From: Escherichia phage vB_EcoM_SQ17
Sequence record: MW882907
Length of the DNA: 64,000 bases
Strand: one strand, 5' to 3'
Shown: positions 63,035-64,000 of the stretch, in pieces
Numbering within the stretch: position 1 is the first letter of the stretch
Layout of the letters: the number at the start of each line of letters is the position of its first letter
Made by a program: the position numbers and the translations under genes
Notes under the pieces: generated by a model
What the model saw: only the letters and a program-made list of their open reading frames with translations
The model's database searches: none
Told to the model about the DNA's origin: nothing

Positions 63035-63068
63035 AACGTTTTATTCATTCCATTTGGTTGATATGAGT

Positions 63069-63098
63069 ATAGTACCATTATCAGTGTTGATTGTAAAC
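63069..63098 (-). promoter_or_regulatory. T4-type early promoter upstream of asiA (minus strand)
   Basis: Plus ATAGTA, 18 nt, GTAAAC. Confidence 0.5.
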
Positions 63099-63242
63099 AG
63101 CTTTTTCTACACTTTTAACGTAATCAGTGTAGTCTTCCTGTTCATACGAGTGTAAGGCCAAGAACGTGGCTAATAGTTCATTATAGACTAAAGCCTCACG
63201 CTCACGTTCGGCCTCTACTACGTTCTGAAGATTATGGCTCAT
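63081..63242 (-). CDS. Hypothetical small protein (about 53 aa)
   Basis: Track ORF 63081..63296; likely start at internal ATG with AAGGA RBS, overlapping upstream gene end. Confidence 0.4.
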   Translation of the reverse strand: MSHNLQNVVEAEREREALVYNELLATFLALHSYEQEDYTDYVKSVEKAVYNQH

Positions 63243-63531
63243 ATCGTTCCTTATAACTATCAATGTAGTCCTGTATGTCAAAGAATGACAATTCATATTC
63301 TAGGACATTAAGAGCCCGTTCTTCAGTATAGTCAGAACCAAATACGATAGTGATTTCACCAGGCTTCATATGATTGAAATCGACACTAAAAGGAATACGA
63401 GAACATACTTCGTCTGCCATATCTGCAACAACACTACGATACACTTCTCGGTTAACCTGATAAAGCTCTGCGAGTTCTTCACATTGAATAACAAGTTCAG
63501 TGGCAGGATTTTCTTTGATTTTAGTAAGCAT
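63232..63531 (-). CDS. Hypothetical acidic protein; possible Arn-like anti-restriction protein by position
   Basis: 99-aa acidic ORF upstream of asiA, where T4 arn lies; no sequence confirmation. Confidence 0.35.
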   Translation of the reverse strand: MLTKIKENPATELVIQCEELAELYQVNREVYRSVVADMADEVCSRIPFSVDFNHMKPGEITIVFGSDYTEERALNVLEYELSFFDIQDYIDSYKERYEP

Positions 63532-63605
63532 AGTCTTTACCCTTATGTTTTTGTTTGCGTTTAGATTGAAGTTCTGATTTCTTCTTGTCCTTATGGACAG
63601 AAGCC

Positions 63606-63833
63606 TTATTGAAATCGTGTTTTGCTACAAGATTGTTCATAATGATTTATAACCTCATTTAAACATTTATCGGTAAAAGAAAACTTTTTAGCCACAGAAC
63701 ATTCGATGATGTGTTCTTTCAAATCTTTAGAGTCAGTATAACCCATCTCAGTAATAAAGTGGCGAATTAAAGCTTTATTCTTATCATTAACAGAATTAAA
63801 ATAATCTACTTTAGAATCAATTATTCTCATCAT
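63606..63833 (-). CDS. Hypothetical protein
   Basis: 75-aa ORF. Confidence 0.45.
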   Translation of the reverse strand: MMRIIDSKVDYFNSVNDKNKALIRHFITEMGYTDSKDLKEHIIECSVAKKFSFTDKCLNEVINHYEQSCSKTRFQ

Positions 63834-64000
63834 CTAATTTCCTTAATTGATATTGCAACGAGCTAATAATTTCTTCGTTCATTTTAATATACATGTCACG
63901 CAAGAAAGGTTTTAACCCATCACGAATAATTGCTAATGTATCACCTTTACATAGATTGACCAAATAAGGATGATCTAAAGCATCCCAACCCGGCTGATTA
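63816..64000 (-). CDS. Hypothetical protein, C-terminal fragment (5' end outside window)
   Basis: Open frame from window edge, ending ..QYQLRKLDDENN with stop overlapping next gene start. Confidence 0.4.

Overview
This window is a contiguous segment of a T4-like (Tequatrovirus-like) myovirus genome; nearly every ORF has a recognisable T-even counterpart in conserved order. All identifications rest on my recall of T4 protein sequences, gene order and motifs, since no database search could be run. Plus strand, 1-12304: late morphogenesis genes 15(partial)-16-17-18-19-20-67-68-21-22-23-24. Then rnlB-24.2-24.3-hoc-inh (minus), uvsW/uvsW.1 (plus), uvsY-25-26 (minus), baseplate hub genes 51-27-28-29-48-54 (plus). 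A long minus-strand early/middle block follows: alt, DNA ligase (30), 30.1-30.7, rIII, 31, 31.1, cd, pseT, spanin pair, alc, rnlA, denA, nrdB, nrdA, td (split by a group I intron carrying I-TevI), frd, 32, 59, 33, dsbA, rnh. The window ends with long tail fibre genes 34-35-36-37-38, holin t, and asiA. Most worth a second look: (1) a class-I DAHP synthase homologue inserted between cd and pseT and translationally coupled to cd, which T4 lacks; (2) an unannotated small early gene transcribed antisense between genes 23 and 24; (3) a T2-type tail-fibre tip (gp37 with C-terminal intramolecular-chaperone domain plus glycine-rich gp38 adhesin); (4) a possible NADAR-like protein at the 30.3 position. 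Whether any of these is truly undescribed cannot be settled without a database search. T4-type late, early and middle promoter motifs and a family of GC-rich tetraloop hairpin terminators are also mapped. No tRNA, rRNA or CRISPR arrays were found.
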